Shown here in pieces: positions 1-9,650 of a stretch of 64,000 nucleotides of DNA; the first letter of the stretch is position 1, and each line of letters begins with the position of its first letter. The translations under genes and the position numbers were made by a program. The stretch spans positions 256,001 to 320,000 of the forward strand of contig CAWHBU010000005.1 of the NCBI GenBank assembly GCA_963827685.1, read 5' to 3'. This DNA comes from an uncultured delta proteobacterium. GTDB taxonomy: Bacteria; Desulfobacterota; BSN033; UBA1163. The notes beneath the pieces were generated by a model that was given only the letters and a program-made list of their open reading frames with translations, was not told the DNA's origin and searched no databases.

Positions 1-104
1 ACCTTGGTCTCTACCCCTTTGGACTCCAAATAGGGAATATATTGAAGCACCCGATACCGACTGGCCGCTACTTCCCACCCCTGAATGAGAGAAAGAACTT
101 TCAT
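1..104 (-). CDS. Glycosyltransferase family 4 protein, N-terminus only (runs off the window edge)
   Basis: Manual translation MKVLSLIQGWEVAASRYRVLQYIPYLESKGVETK; paralogous to the N-terminus of the 191-1187 GT (HRFRVEQYFPYL). Confidence 0.75.
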   Translation of the reverse strand, partial: MKVLSLIQGWEVAASRYRVLQYIPYLESKGVETK

Positions 105-140
105 CACCTTTCCGATCCCCTCAAACAATGAAAATTCCTA

Positions 141-184
141 ATCCCCCCTTACCCCCCTTTAGCAAAGGGGGGATGGGGGGGATT
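141..184. repeat. C-rich/G-rich REP-like hairpin
   Basis: aatcccccc...cccctttagcaaagggggg...ggggattt; related copies at 29881-30003, 36916-37016, 52573-52666, 61560-61625. Confidence 0.6.
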
Positions 185-190
185 TGAAAG

Positions 191-1187
191 CTATTTTCTA
201 AGTAAACTTTGCAGCACATGAAAAAACTTTTCAGAGGTAACCCTCAGGGAGTACTCTCGTTCCACCGTCTCTATCCCCTTTAATCCCATTTGGTACCTGA
301 GCTCTTGATTTTGGATGAGGTTCGATAAGCGATCCACCCATTCTTGATGATTCGTCGCCCAAAAACCATTCTCCCCGTCTTTAACGATGTCCGGATTGAT
401 CCCCACAGGGGTGCAGACGACAGGCACCCCGACACTGAGATATTGGACGATCTTCAATCCACACTTCCCTTTCGACCACAGATCATCGTCGAGGGGCATC
501 AGCCCGATGTCAAAAGAGATCAGATCTTCATTCTCATCCTCCAATTTCCAAGGCTTCTTAACGACGGGAAGGTGGGGGGAGTCATAAAAATCATTGCTCA
601 CGATCTTTAATTTGACCCGGGGAAATCTTTGGCGAATGGTCTCAAAGACAGGTTCCAATTTTTTAAGGTACTTCAAATTTCCTTTGGTCCCAATCCATCC
701 TAAAATGATCTCCCCATGGTTAGAGATTTTCTTTTTTAGTGGATAAAGATTCGTATCGATGCAGGTCGGAATGACAAAGATCCTTTTCTCCGGATCCACC
801 TTGAGGACCTGGCTCTTTAAAAACTGGTTTCCTACCAGTAACCACATCGCTTCCTTTCACCATCCATCTGAATTTCAGCCACCTGGATAAAGAATGAGGG
901 CGAGGAGAACTGGAAGACCGGTACATGACAGCATCATCGAGATCGAAAAGGACTTTCCAAGACTTTTTTCGGATCCAATAAAATTCAAAAGGAGACAATA
1001 ACCTTCTTTGAATGCAGACCACCTCGAAGAGGGGAAGCTGCCGATAAAGGATAAGCCGTTCCTTCCATGAACCGGAGAGGGGTTGCCACTTCGGTTCCAC
1101 CTGGTGGGCGATCAGATAGGGAAAATACTGTTCCACCCGGAACCGATGGCCCTGATCGCTGGAATGAGTAAGGAAGACGATCCTCAT
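191..1187 (-). CDS. Glycosyltransferase family 4, split by a 1-nt frameshift near 840
   Basis: ORFs 720-1187 (N-half, DLDDA) and 191-847 (C-half, GWIG...DIGLMPL...GKCGLKIVQY) join into one GT4. Confidence 0.85.
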
Positions 1188-1828
1188 TTTGTGCCGTTCG
1201 ACTTCTTCTCTGCGATTACCAAAATCGATTTCGCAAAGTCGATGCCCAGATACCGATGGAGAGAGGCCATTACATAGATCCTGAAGAGATAGCGGTGAAA
1301 AGCATCGCTGTAGGTTCGATACATCGCCTTGATTTGAAAACCGTGGGCGAGGAGAAGACCACCTAATTCATCATAACAATAGGCCACTTTATGAGTAGCA
1401 TCCCTCCAAAACCGGCTGGGATTGAACACATTGGGAGTGGTCATGATCAATCGTCCTCCCTCATTGAGGAGATCATAAATCTTCTTTATGAGTTGGACGC
1501 CTTCTTCAAGACCCAAATGTTCGATGACCTCAAAAAGAAAAACAACGTCAAATGGCTCTTGAACCTCCTCCAAGCTGTAAAAGTCGTGAAACTGTTCTCG
1601 GTCAATATCCATGCTCTTATAAACCAGTTTCGGAAAATGGCGCTTTAACCGCTCCTGAAGATTTCGGTTTGAAGCTCCGATATCCAGAACCTTTTCGCCG
1701 TCCTGAATCATCTTCACCATCAAAGGGAATCGCTTCCGCAGGATTTTTAGATCCCAGATCTCGGGATAGCAGTAATGAATCTGATCCCGATATTCAAAGA
1801 GCTTGCTCCAAGAGATCCTCTCATTCAT
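1184..1828 (-). CDS. Class I SAM-dependent methyltransferase
   Basis: VLDIGAS motif I; FDVVFLFEVIEH; GGRLIMTTPN. Confidence 0.85.
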   Translation of the reverse strand: MNERISWSKLFEYRDQIHYCYPEIWDLKILRKRFPLMVKMIQDGEKVLDIGASNRNLQERLKRHFPKLVYKSMDIDREQFHDFYSLEEVQEPFDVVFLFEVIEHLGLEEGVQLIKKIYDLLNEGGRLIMTTPNVFNPSRFWRDATHKVAYCYDELGGLLLAHGFQIKAMYRTYSDAFHRYLFRIYVMASLHRYLGIDFAKSILVIAEKKSNGTK

Positions 1829-2399
1829 TTAACTTCACCCATTCCCTCTTCTCAAAATCAAACCGTTTCACCACCTTGGCTGGGGAACCAACAGCTAAAG
1901 AATAAGGCGGAATGTCACGATTCACCACGGAGAGGGCACCAATGATGCAATGTCTTCCGATCGTCACATTTGGCAAGACGCAGGCCCCGTAAGCAATCCA
2001 GGAATCGGCCCCGATGTGAACATAACCGATCTTCAAGTCTTGCTCCTTACTCGGACGACTGATATCTCCAAGTTTTCGTGAGTTGTCGATGATCATCACG
2101 TTCGGTGAGATTCCCACATTCTCCTCAATGACGAGGCGGTGGCAGGCACTGATAAAGCAACTCTCCGAAATGATGACATTGTCTCCGATGAAAAGAAGGA
2201 TTTCTTTTGATTTCTTATCCTTCGGGTGGAGGTTAATGCTCGTATTTCTTTTAATTCTTACGTGATCTCCCACATGGACAAACCGTGGCCGGTTGATCAC
2301 CACTCCGGATTCGATGTAGACGTCCCTCCCATAGGAGCCAAAAAAGAACCGATTTTTCAAATTGGAGAGCGGATACCAGAACGGCTTTTTCCTTATCAT
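1821..2399 (-). CDS. Hexapeptide-repeat (left-handed beta-helix) O-acyltransferase
   Basis: Hexapeptide repeats, VHIGADSWI...VTIGRHCIIGA...VGSPAK; start moved to ATG 2399 overlapping the upstream stop. Confidence 0.85.
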   Translation of the reverse strand: MIRKKPFWYPLSNLKNRFFFGSYGRDVYIESGVVINRPRFVHVGDHVRIKRNTSINLHPKDKKSKEILLFIGDNVIISESCFISACHRLVIEENVGISPNVMIIDNSRKLGDISRPSKEQDLKIGYVHIGADSWIAYGACVLPNVTIGRHCIIGALSVVNRDIPPYSLAVGSPAKVVKRFDFEKREWVKLNE

Positions 2400-3574
2400 T
2401 CCAATTGACCTCCCTTCGACAAATTGTCCTGCAAAATATTTTCCATCTCCCTCCAATTTCTTTCAAGAGAATAGGATTCTGCCAGATGGCGAGCGGCGAT
2501 CGAAGCCCTCTCTATTTCCTCACGGTTCAAAAAAAACAGAATTTTTTCTGCCAAGGCCCTATCATCTCGTGGGTCAGAAATGACAAAACCCTCTCGGCCT
2601 TGGGTGATAATCCCACTCGCCCCGTTGCAACGAGTGGTAATCACCGGAATTCCGCTAGCTAATGCCTCTAACACGGTGAGGGAACAGGCGTCGTAAAAGG
2701 TGGGGTGGACGAGAAGATCTGATGCGCCATAATATTTTTCCGGTTCATTCGTGGAACCGGCAAAGATCATCTCTTCGCGAATCCTCATTTCCCTCGCCAG
2801 GCGTAAATAGGAACCTTGACGATCTCTTCCCAGAATAATAAGTTTGAAAGGAGGAGGGGTTCCTTCCCTAATTTTTGCCAATGTTTTGATGAGAAAACCC
2901 AGTCCCTTCATCTGAAAATTATTTGAGACAAAGAGAATCACCAGCTCATCTGCCCCAATCCCATGTCGCCCTCTGATCTCCCCTCGATATTGACGATTCC
3001 TGGGGTGGAAGCGATCGAGATCGACCCCGTTGTAGACTACGGTAATCCTCTCCTCGGGGATCCGATACCAACGCATCATGTCCTGCTTCACCATATCGGA
3101 GATGGCAATGATCGCTCGAAAGCGCTTCCCTTGATAAGGAGCGTCTTCCACCCAACCACTCACCCATTGTTTCGGGCTGAAGACCCTCCCTAAGAGTTTT
3201 GTCGTCCACAGAATCGGATGGTCGTAAGCCCTGAGGCTTCGCCAGAACCATGCCCAATGCACCCCTCCGTGAGGTTGAAGAATATCCGCTTTCAGTGTAT
3301 TTCCTATTCCGAAGGTAATGTCATAATCTCCCTGCTCTATTTCCCTCGTAGCCCGGATTGCAAAAGAGAGGAGTCGCAGGCTTTTTGGGAATGGAATCGT
3401 CTTAATTGCATGGTAATGGAACCTGGGATCTTCCTCGCCAAATTTCTCTGCATAAACATGGACCTCATAGCCCTCATCCGCCAGTCGGGCGCATAAGTCA
3501 ACGAGATATTTTTCAGCTCCTCCCCTCTTCTTAGAGAAGTCCCGAAGACCTATGGCAAACCTTATCTTTCTCAT
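2396..3574 (-). CDS. Glycosyltransferase family 4 (WaaG/RfaG-like LPS core GT)
   Basis: GGAEKY N-terminal motif; YDACSLTVLEALASGIPVI. Confidence 0.85.
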   Translation of the reverse strand: MRKIRFAIGLRDFSKKRGGAEKYLVDLCARLADEGYEVHVYAEKFGEEDPRFHYHAIKTIPFPKSLRLLSFAIRATREIEQGDYDITFGIGNTLKADILQPHGGVHWAWFWRSLRAYDHPILWTTKLLGRVFSPKQWVSGWVEDAPYQGKRFRAIIAISDMVKQDMMRWYRIPEERITVVYNGVDLDRFHPRNRQYRGEIRGRHGIGADELVILFVSNNFQMKGLGFLIKTLAKIREGTPPPFKLIILGRDRQGSYLRLAREMRIREEMIFAGSTNEPEKYYGASDLLVHPTFYDACSLTVLEALASGIPVITTRCNGASGIITQGREGFVISDPRDDRALAEKILFFLNREEIERASIAARHLAESYSLERNWREMENILQDNLSKGGQLE

Positions 3575-3806
3575 ACTTATAGCGAATTACTCGAATGATA
3601 GCGAATGAATCGAAAATACTGATACAAGTCCATTTGATTCTCTTACATTGTCATTGCGAGCGATAGCGAAGCAATCTCGTATCTGAGGAGATTGCTTCGT
3701 CGCTTCGCCCTGTACACCATGCGGTGCAGGGCTTCGCTCCTCGCAACGACCCTTTATTTAATCCGTTTGCATTCGGTTTATTCGCTCTCATTCGCCCAAT
3801 TCGTTC
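3575..3806. repeat. Composite repeat: inverted gcgaat/attcgc arms enclosing a gtcattgcgag...gcaatctc/gagattgc...ctcgcaacgac REP-like element (3650-3750) with a nested hairpin (3707-3732)
   Basis: Visible in sequence; a half copy gagattgcttcg...ctcgcaatgac lies at 61631-61660. Confidence 0.65.
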
Positions 3807-4574
3807 TTATGTTCCTTGGCCTCTGATATATTGGGAATCCTTTTCTGCCACCAGGAAGAGCTTCCTCCCAAGCATGAGATCACCGGATAACACATGCCTC
3901 AGAATTTCTTTGTTCCTCTCCCTCTGTTTTAAGTTCCTTTCTCTTCAGAAGGCTCGCCATGTAGCTAAATAAACAAAAGGATAGAGAGGGCCGAATAGCA
4001 TGGCACGATGGCTGTAACAATGGGTGGTCACCTCCAGGATTCGAAATCCGTTTCGATGAGGGTGGGTTCTCAATTCATAATAGCTGGCGAGATGGATGTG
4101 ATCCCCTCCTAAATAATCGTCGACTTCGTTGGGGGGTCTCCCCGTAAAGAGATTGAAGCCCACCAGGAGATTTGCCAGTCTTGATTTAAGATTCAAAATA
4201 TTCGGCGTGCTGATCAAGAGTTTCCCTCTCTCCTTGAGGATTCGAAAGCATCCTCTGATGAAGAGGACCGGGTTTTCCAAATGTTCAATGCCATTGGAAC
4301 AGAGGACATAGTCGAAGGTCCCGTCTGAAAAGGGTAAGTCGACGTTGAGATCAGCTCTTTCACACGAGATTCCTTGGACACAAAAAAGATTGGGGTTGAT
4401 ATCTGCGGCGACCACATCAAAACCCGCTTCTTTCAATTTCCGGGAGATGATTCCCGGTCCTGCGGGTGCATCCAATATTTTCCCATGATTACCATAGCGG
4501 GTAAAGAGTTCAACCACTTTATCATGAGGGTGTTGAAGTCCGAAGACTTTGATGATCAATGACCTGACCTTCAT
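3807..4574 (-). pseudogene. Class I SAM methyltransferase with an in-frame TGA at 3945-3947
   Basis: ILDAPAGPG motif; the frame continues 45 codons past the TGA (RERNLKQRERNKEILRHVLSGDLMLGRKLFLVAEK...) to TAA at 3807. Confidence 0.7.
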
Positions 4575-5707
4575 CGAATCCCGTTTCCCACTAAAAACAT
4601 CTTGATTTGCTGTGCGACTTCTTCCATCTCTGACTCCTCCATTTCAGGGAAAAAAGGAAGAGAGAGAATCTTACGAGACCACTGGTTGGTCAAGGGCAAG
4701 TCTCTTCGCCGATATCCCATTTCCTGGTAAGCCTTCTGAAAAGGAATGGGGATGGGGTAATGGATGAGAGTTTCGGCTCCCTTCTTTTTCAAAAATGTTT
4801 GGAGAGCATCCCTCTTCCCTGTCTCAATCGTATAGAGATGATAGACATGCCGCACTCCCTCCTTCTCCGAAGGGCATACCACCCCTAAAGGAGAAAGCAT
4901 TTTTGTATAGAGCTCGGCCTTCCTCCTCCTCGCTTCATTCCATTGATCCAAATGTTTTAATTTGACTCGAAGGATGGCCGCTTGGATTTCATCCAATCGA
5001 CTGTTGTGTCCCTTCAGAATGTGCTGATATTTTTTTCTTTCTCCGTAACATCGAAGGAGTCTGAGTTTCCGGTCATATTTTTGATGATCGGTCACCACCA
5101 TCCCCCCGTCTCCATATCCCCCTAAGTTCTTGGTCGGATAGAAACTAAAACAACCCATAGCCCCAAATGAACCCACCTTCTTTCGTCCGTATTTTGCGCC
5201 ATGGGCTTGGCAGGCATCTTCGATGACAACGAGATCATAACGATTTGCAATTTCCGTAATCGAATCCATATCCGCGGGATGACCATAAAGGTGGACAGGA
5301 ATGACGGCCTTGATCTTTCGCCTGCTTTCTTTTGCCCTTTGGCGTTTCAAAAGAAGCTCCAGACTATTGGGATCCATCGTATAGGATTCGGAATCGATAT
5401 CGACAAAGAGGGGTTTTGCCCCTGTAAAGGAAATGGCGAGGGCTGTGGCCACAAAAGAATTCGCCACGGTAACGACTTGATCTCCCTCTCCAATTCCGAC
5501 TGTTTTCAAGGCCAGATAGAGAGCATCCGTCCCGGAGCCCACTCCGACCCCATGCCGAACCCCACAGTAAAGGGAAAACTCCTTCTCAAAAGCAGAGACT
5601 TCCTCTCCCAGAATGAAGCGACCTTTCTCATAGACTCTTTGAGTCGCCGAGAGGATTTCGCTTTTGATCTTTCTATACTGCCTGGTTAAATCGAAAAAAG
5701 GAACCAT
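4571..5707 (-). CDS. DegT/DnrJ/EryC1/StrS family sugar aminotransferase
   Basis: GSGTDAL, IEDACQAHGA, SFYPTKNLG (PLP Lys). Confidence 0.95.
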   Translation of the reverse strand: MVPFFDLTRQYRKIKSEILSATQRVYEKGRFILGEEVSAFEKEFSLYCGVRHGVGVGSGTDALYLALKTVGIGEGDQVVTVANSFVATALAISFTGAKPLFVDIDSESYTMDPNSLELLLKRQRAKESRRKIKAVIPVHLYGHPADMDSITEIANRYDLVVIEDACQAHGAKYGRKKVGSFGAMGCFSFYPTKNLGGYGDGGMVVTDHQKYDRKLRLLRCYGERKKYQHILKGHNSRLDEIQAAILRVKLKHLDQWNEARRRKAELYTKMLSPLGVVCPSEKEGVRHVYHLYTIETGKRDALQTFLKKKGAETLIHYPIPIPFQKAYQEMGYRRRDLPLTNQWSRKILSLPFFPEMEESEMEEVAQQIKMFLVGNGIR

Positions 5708-5720
5708 CTTAGCATGCCTA

Positions 5721-5805
5721 TTGCGGATTGCAGAATGCGGATTGCGGAATTTGAAAACTAAATTCCATTCTTTTATTCCGCATTCCGAAATCCGAAATCC
5801 GCATT
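5721..5805. repeat. Inverted pair of 7-nt tandem arrays (ttgcgga / tccgaaa)
   Basis: ttgcggattgcagaatgcggattgcggaat ... attccgcattccgaaatccgaaatccgcatt. Confidence 0.7.
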
Positions 5806-5809
5806 ATAT

Positions 5810-6808
5810 TTAGCCCCAGTATTCCTTCTTATGCTTTCTGTAGAACTCGATCGTTCTTCGAAGCCCTTCCTCCAAATCGGTCTTCGGCTCCCAGCCCACC
5901 ATGCGTTTGATCTTGGAGATGTTGGTATAATAATCTCCCGGTTCGACTTCCTTTCTCTCTTGAGTAAACTCGGTGAAGGCCGCTCTGCCAGTTCCGGCAA
6001 TCTTTACAATCCTTTTTGCCAGGTCGATGAAGCTGATGGGAATGCCGGTCCCCACATTAAATACTTCTCCATAAGCCTGATCACAGGTGGCTGTTTGCAA
6101 AAAACAATCAACCAGGTCATCCACATAGAGAAAATCTCTCAAAATCCGGCCGTCTCCAAAGACGGGAATGACTTCGCTATCGATAGCCTTTCGGATAAAC
6201 CAATTGAGCACGCCATATTCATCGTGGGCCATCTGGTGTCGGGGTCCATAGGTGTTCGTAATTCGAAGACAGGTTCCCGGAATTTTGTGAACGTCGTGAT
6301 AGACAAGAACCATCTTCTCCGCCGATAAATTGGTCACCGCGTAGATTCCCTTGGGATTTGTGGGATGATCTTCCCCTACCGGCAAGGTCACACTGGAACC
6401 ATACTCCCCCCGCGTCCCTGCAAAAATGATCCTTACCCCTGGATTATTTTTTCGGCAGGATTCAAGGAGGACCAATGTCCCCCGACAGTTGATGTCCAGA
6501 TCCTGAATCGGATTCCGGATACTGTCCACATGATTCACCTGCCCAGCGAGATGAAAAATGATCTCCTGTCCTTTCACTAAATAATCCATGGAATGACCAT
6601 CCCTCACATCGGTGAAATTGATATGGACGCGATCGGCGATCTCTTTCACATTAAAGAGGTTTCCTCCCAGACGGGGCATCATGTTATCCACAATCGTCAC
6701 CTTTGCCCCCAATGCAATCAGTCGGGCCGACAGATTGGATCCAATGAAACCCAAACCACCTGTCACCAATATTTTTTTCCCTCTGAAAACCTCTTGATCA
6801 GGAGTCAT
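5810..6808 (-). CDS. NAD-dependent epimerase/dehydratase (extended SDR)
   Basis: ILVTGGLGFIGS; catalytic YxxxK appears as YAVTN. Confidence 0.9.
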   Translation of the reverse strand: MTPDQEVFRGKKILVTGGLGFIGSNLSARLIALGAKVTIVDNMMPRLGGNLFNVKEIADRVHINFTDVRDGHSMDYLVKGQEIIFHLAGQVNHVDSIRNPIQDLDINCRGTLVLLESCRKNNPGVRIIFAGTRGEYGSSVTLPVGEDHPTNPKGIYAVTNLSAEKMVLVYHDVHKIPGTCLRITNTYGPRHQMAHDEYGVLNWFIRKAIDSEVIPVFGDGRILRDFLYVDDLVDCFLQTATCDQAYGEVFNVGTGIPISFIDLAKRIVKIAGTGRAAFTEFTQERKEVEPGDYYTNISKIKRMVGWEPKTDLEEGLRRTIEFYRKHKKEYWG

Positions 6809-6853
6809 TCTCTTTCTCCTCTTTTGAGATCGTCAACCCTTCGGCTTCCCCAC

Positions 6854-7750
6854 CTAAAGTCTGGGGCTTCTCCCTCGGCCTGAGCTAGGATCGAAGGCTC
6901 GGGGTTGACCCTGCACTTCGATAGACTCAGTGTCCTGAGCTTGCCGAAGGAAGCGACACTTCTCTGCCCCTCCTTCAGAAGATGGGCTTGGTGTTGTCGA
7001 ATGGGTCAACTCCCATAGTTTGGCATATTTGATAAAAACATAGAACATAGTCGAGACGATGATGATGAACCCTGGCAACCCATCCCTAAATCCCGACTTA
7101 AAAAGATACTCTTTGATAAATCGAAATGGAGGATGAAAAAGAAGCTTAACAAGGCTAAACTTCTCTCCATTCTTAAAGAGATCAGCTGCAGCAATCTTGG
7201 AATACTTATCTATCGTCTGGATCTGATCTGAAATGTCTCCGTAGGTATAATGATGATACTGATTCTTTAATACACCCACCTCTCCATCCACGACCAACTT
7301 GGCATGAAGTCCCCCCTCCCATTTCCCTTTGTCCCTTCGATAAAGGCGAATCTCACCATCTGGATACCATCCTCCGTATCGAATCCACTTTCCCAAGTAA
7401 TAAGTACGCCGATAAACAAAATATCCATCTAAATCCTTTGCCCTTCCATTCAACTCCGCCCGAATCTCTTCGGCCAACTCCGGAGGAATTTCTTCATCGG
7501 CGTCCACAAACATGATCCAATCCCGAGTGGTGAGATCAGCGGCATACTGATATTGATCCCGATGCCCCGTCCACTTCCTCTGAAATGTTTTGTCGGTATA
7601 TTGTCTGCAGATTTCGTAGGTCCCATCCTGGCTGAAGGAGTCAACGATCACCAGCTCCTCAACCCAGGAGAGGCTTTTCAGACATTGTTCAATCGTCCTG
7701 CGATTGTTGGTGGTGAGGACATAGGCAGAAACCGGAACCTTTTCGATCAT
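6854..7750 (-). CDS. Glycosyltransferase family 2 (KdtX/WaaE-like); C-terminus extended by repeat-derived sequence
   Basis: VDSFSQDGT, FVDADE, WYPD, GFRDGLPG, KYAKLWE; tail overlaps a cttcgatagactcagtgtcctgagcttgccgaagg hairpin repeat. Confidence 0.9.
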   Translation of the reverse strand: MIEKVPVSAYVLTTNNRRTIEQCLKSLSWVEELVIVDSFSQDGTYEICRQYTDKTFQRKWTGHRDQYQYAADLTTRDWIMFVDADEEIPPELAEEIRAELNGRAKDLDGYFVYRRTYYLGKWIRYGGWYPDGEIRLYRRDKGKWEGGLHAKLVVDGEVGVLKNQYHHYTYGDISDQIQTIDKYSKIAAADLFKNGEKFSLVKLLFHPPFRFIKEYLFKSGFRDGLPGFIIIVSTMFYVFIKYAKLWELTHSTTPSPSSEGGAEKCRFLRQAQDTESIEVQGQPRAFDPSSGRGRSPRL

Positions 7751-8796
7751 TTTCTCTTACGCCTCAATTGTTGATCAACGACTTCTTCGACGTCATCCAC
7801 TGTGATGAGTTCCATGCATCGATGATCTGTTGGACAAATTCTCTTCCAACAGGGACTGCAAGGGACATCCTTTCTAACCACCACATGGCCCTCCCCCCAT
7901 GGACCCGTGGTGAAAGGGGGTGTTGATCCAAAGAGAGCGACGACAGGAGTGCCGACAGCAGTGGCCACATGCATCGTCCCGGTATCGTTCGTCACAAGGA
8001 GACTACATCGTTCCAGAAGGGCGGCCAGTTGGAGTAAACCGGTCTTTCCGGTCAAATCTATTCCCTTTGTTCCCAAATGGTGTAGAATCTCATGGACGAT
8101 GGGACGCTCATCCTCCTTGCCAAAGAGGAGGATCCTGGTTTGCCATTGCTCCGCAAGCCTCTTTCCCAATTCCCCGAATCGATCCGGATGCCAACATTTG
8201 GCTAAACCATAAGTGGCACCAGGATTCATTCCGATGAGGGGCTTCCCTTCCGGGATCCCCATGTCTTTCAACACTCGATCTGCCCACCTTCGATCTTCCT
8301 CCCTGAGAAATATTTGAGGAGAAGGAAGCCTTTCTATCTTCCCTAATGGCTCGATCAGTTTCCGGTAATAATGAACCCGGTGGCCATGGAGGATTTCTTT
8401 GGTTCGACGAATTCGGTGGGTAAGAAAGAGTGAACGTCCCTCAGCTTGATAACCAATTCGGATTGGAATGCGCGCCATGTAAATATGAAAAGCAGAGCGG
8501 AAAGACCGTGGAAGAATGACCGCCAGATCAAAATTCCTCTCCTTTAAAGATTCGCTGAGATTTAAATCTTCCCAAATAGATCCAATCCCCCCCTTCTTTT
8601 GGAAAGGGATGATCTCATCCACGTAGGGAAATGTTTTCCATAAATCGACGAGATAGCTTGGAATCAAAATAGCTAAGTGGGATTTGGGAAAGAGAGCCTT
8701 TAATTGTTGAACTGTTGGATAACTGAGGACAGTATCTCCTACCCAGTTTACGCCTCTTACCAATATACGATTGACTTGGCTAAAATCGCGTTTCAA
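7747..8796 (-). CDS. waaF: Lipopolysaccharide heptosyltransferase II (GT9)
   Basis: NWVGD, PGATYGLAKCW, TNDTGTMH, CSPCWKRICP. Confidence 0.85.
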   Translation of the reverse strand: MKRDFSQVNRILVRGVNWVGDTVLSYPTVQQLKALFPKSHLAILIPSYLVDLWKTFPYVDEIIPFQKKGGIGSIWEDLNLSESLKERNFDLAVILPRSFRSAFHIYMARIPIRIGYQAEGRSLFLTHRIRRTKEILHGHRVHYYRKLIEPLGKIERLPSPQIFLREEDRRWADRVLKDMGIPEGKPLIGMNPGATYGLAKCWHPDRFGELGKRLAEQWQTRILLFGKEDERPIVHEILHHLGTKGIDLTGKTGLLQLAALLERCSLLVTNDTGTMHVATAVGTPVVALFGSTPPFTTGPWGEGHVVVRKDVPCSPCWKRICPTDHRCMELITVDDVEEVVDQQLRRKRK

Positions 8797-8894
8797 GAGA
8801 CCTGCTCCTTCCTAAAGAGTTAAGGTTATTATATCAACCTCTTCAAGTCAAACTCGGAATCCGCAGATAAATTCCCCATCCCGTTAGGAAAGCT

Positions 8895-9650
8895 CTATGT
8901 CTCACACGGATGAGTTCGCTTGGCATATATATATCCACCATTGCGGTTCATTTTGACTTCAAAACCTAATTCTTTAAGTCTAAGAGGAATATCGATGGAA
9001 AATTCTGGCGGAACACTATGCGTCTCCATAGCAATTCCCATGATTTTAGCAGCAGTTTCAGAACTGATATTTCTTAGGATATCATGTTCAGCTCCTTCGC
9101 AATCCAACTTTAAAAAATCGATTCGAGGTAGATCCTCTTGCCTGATGATATCCTCAACCGAGATAGTGGGAATACGTCCCGTCTTGATATTCGTAATCCT
9201 TCTTTTATATAAGGAATGATCGGCTGAGGAGCCACCTTGATAGGTATAAATATCTTGATATCCACTTATACCAGAAACCGCCATTTTAAAGATAGACATA
9301 TTCTCCAGGTGGTTTAGCTCCACATTCTTCTTGAGCATTTGATAATTATTTGACTCCGGCTCAAAAGCGAGCACCTTGTAGGCACTTCTTGCAACGATGA
9401 TAGAGAAAGATCCGATGTGAGCTCCTACATCGACAACAATTGAGTCTTTTGTGATTGGAATAAAATCTTTTGTATAGTTTTTCTTAACAAAATTTGATTT
9501 TACAATTCTCAAATCATCCGTATTAGGGCGCAACTTAATTCTTAAACCGCTTCGATGTATCAACTCAATTTCTTTGCGTAGAAATCCATAACGTCCTGCA
9601 TAAAACATATACCAATTCTTAAACGTAGCAATATTCTTTATGAATGACAT
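8895..9650 (-). CDS. FkbM family methyltransferase
   Basis: VDVGAHIG, AFEP, IDFLKLDCEGAE; more AT-rich than its neighbours. Confidence 0.9.
   Translation of the reverse strand: MSFIKNIATFKNWYMFYAGRYGFLRKEIELIHRSGLRIKLRPNTDDLRIVKSNFVKKNYTKDFIPITKDSIVVDVGAHIGSFSIIVARSAYKVLAFEPESNNYQMLKKNVELNHLENMSIFKMAVSGISGYQDIYTYQGGSSADHSLYKRRITNIKTGRIPTISVEDIIRQEDLPRIDFLKLDCEGAEHDILRNISSETAAKIMGIAMETHSVPPEFSIDIPLRLKELGFEVKMNRNGGYIYAKRTHPCET

Noticed and set aside
3945-3947. TGA as selenocysteine
   Set aside because: It lies in a basic helical stretch, not at a Cys-equivalent position, and no convincing SECIS hairpin follows.
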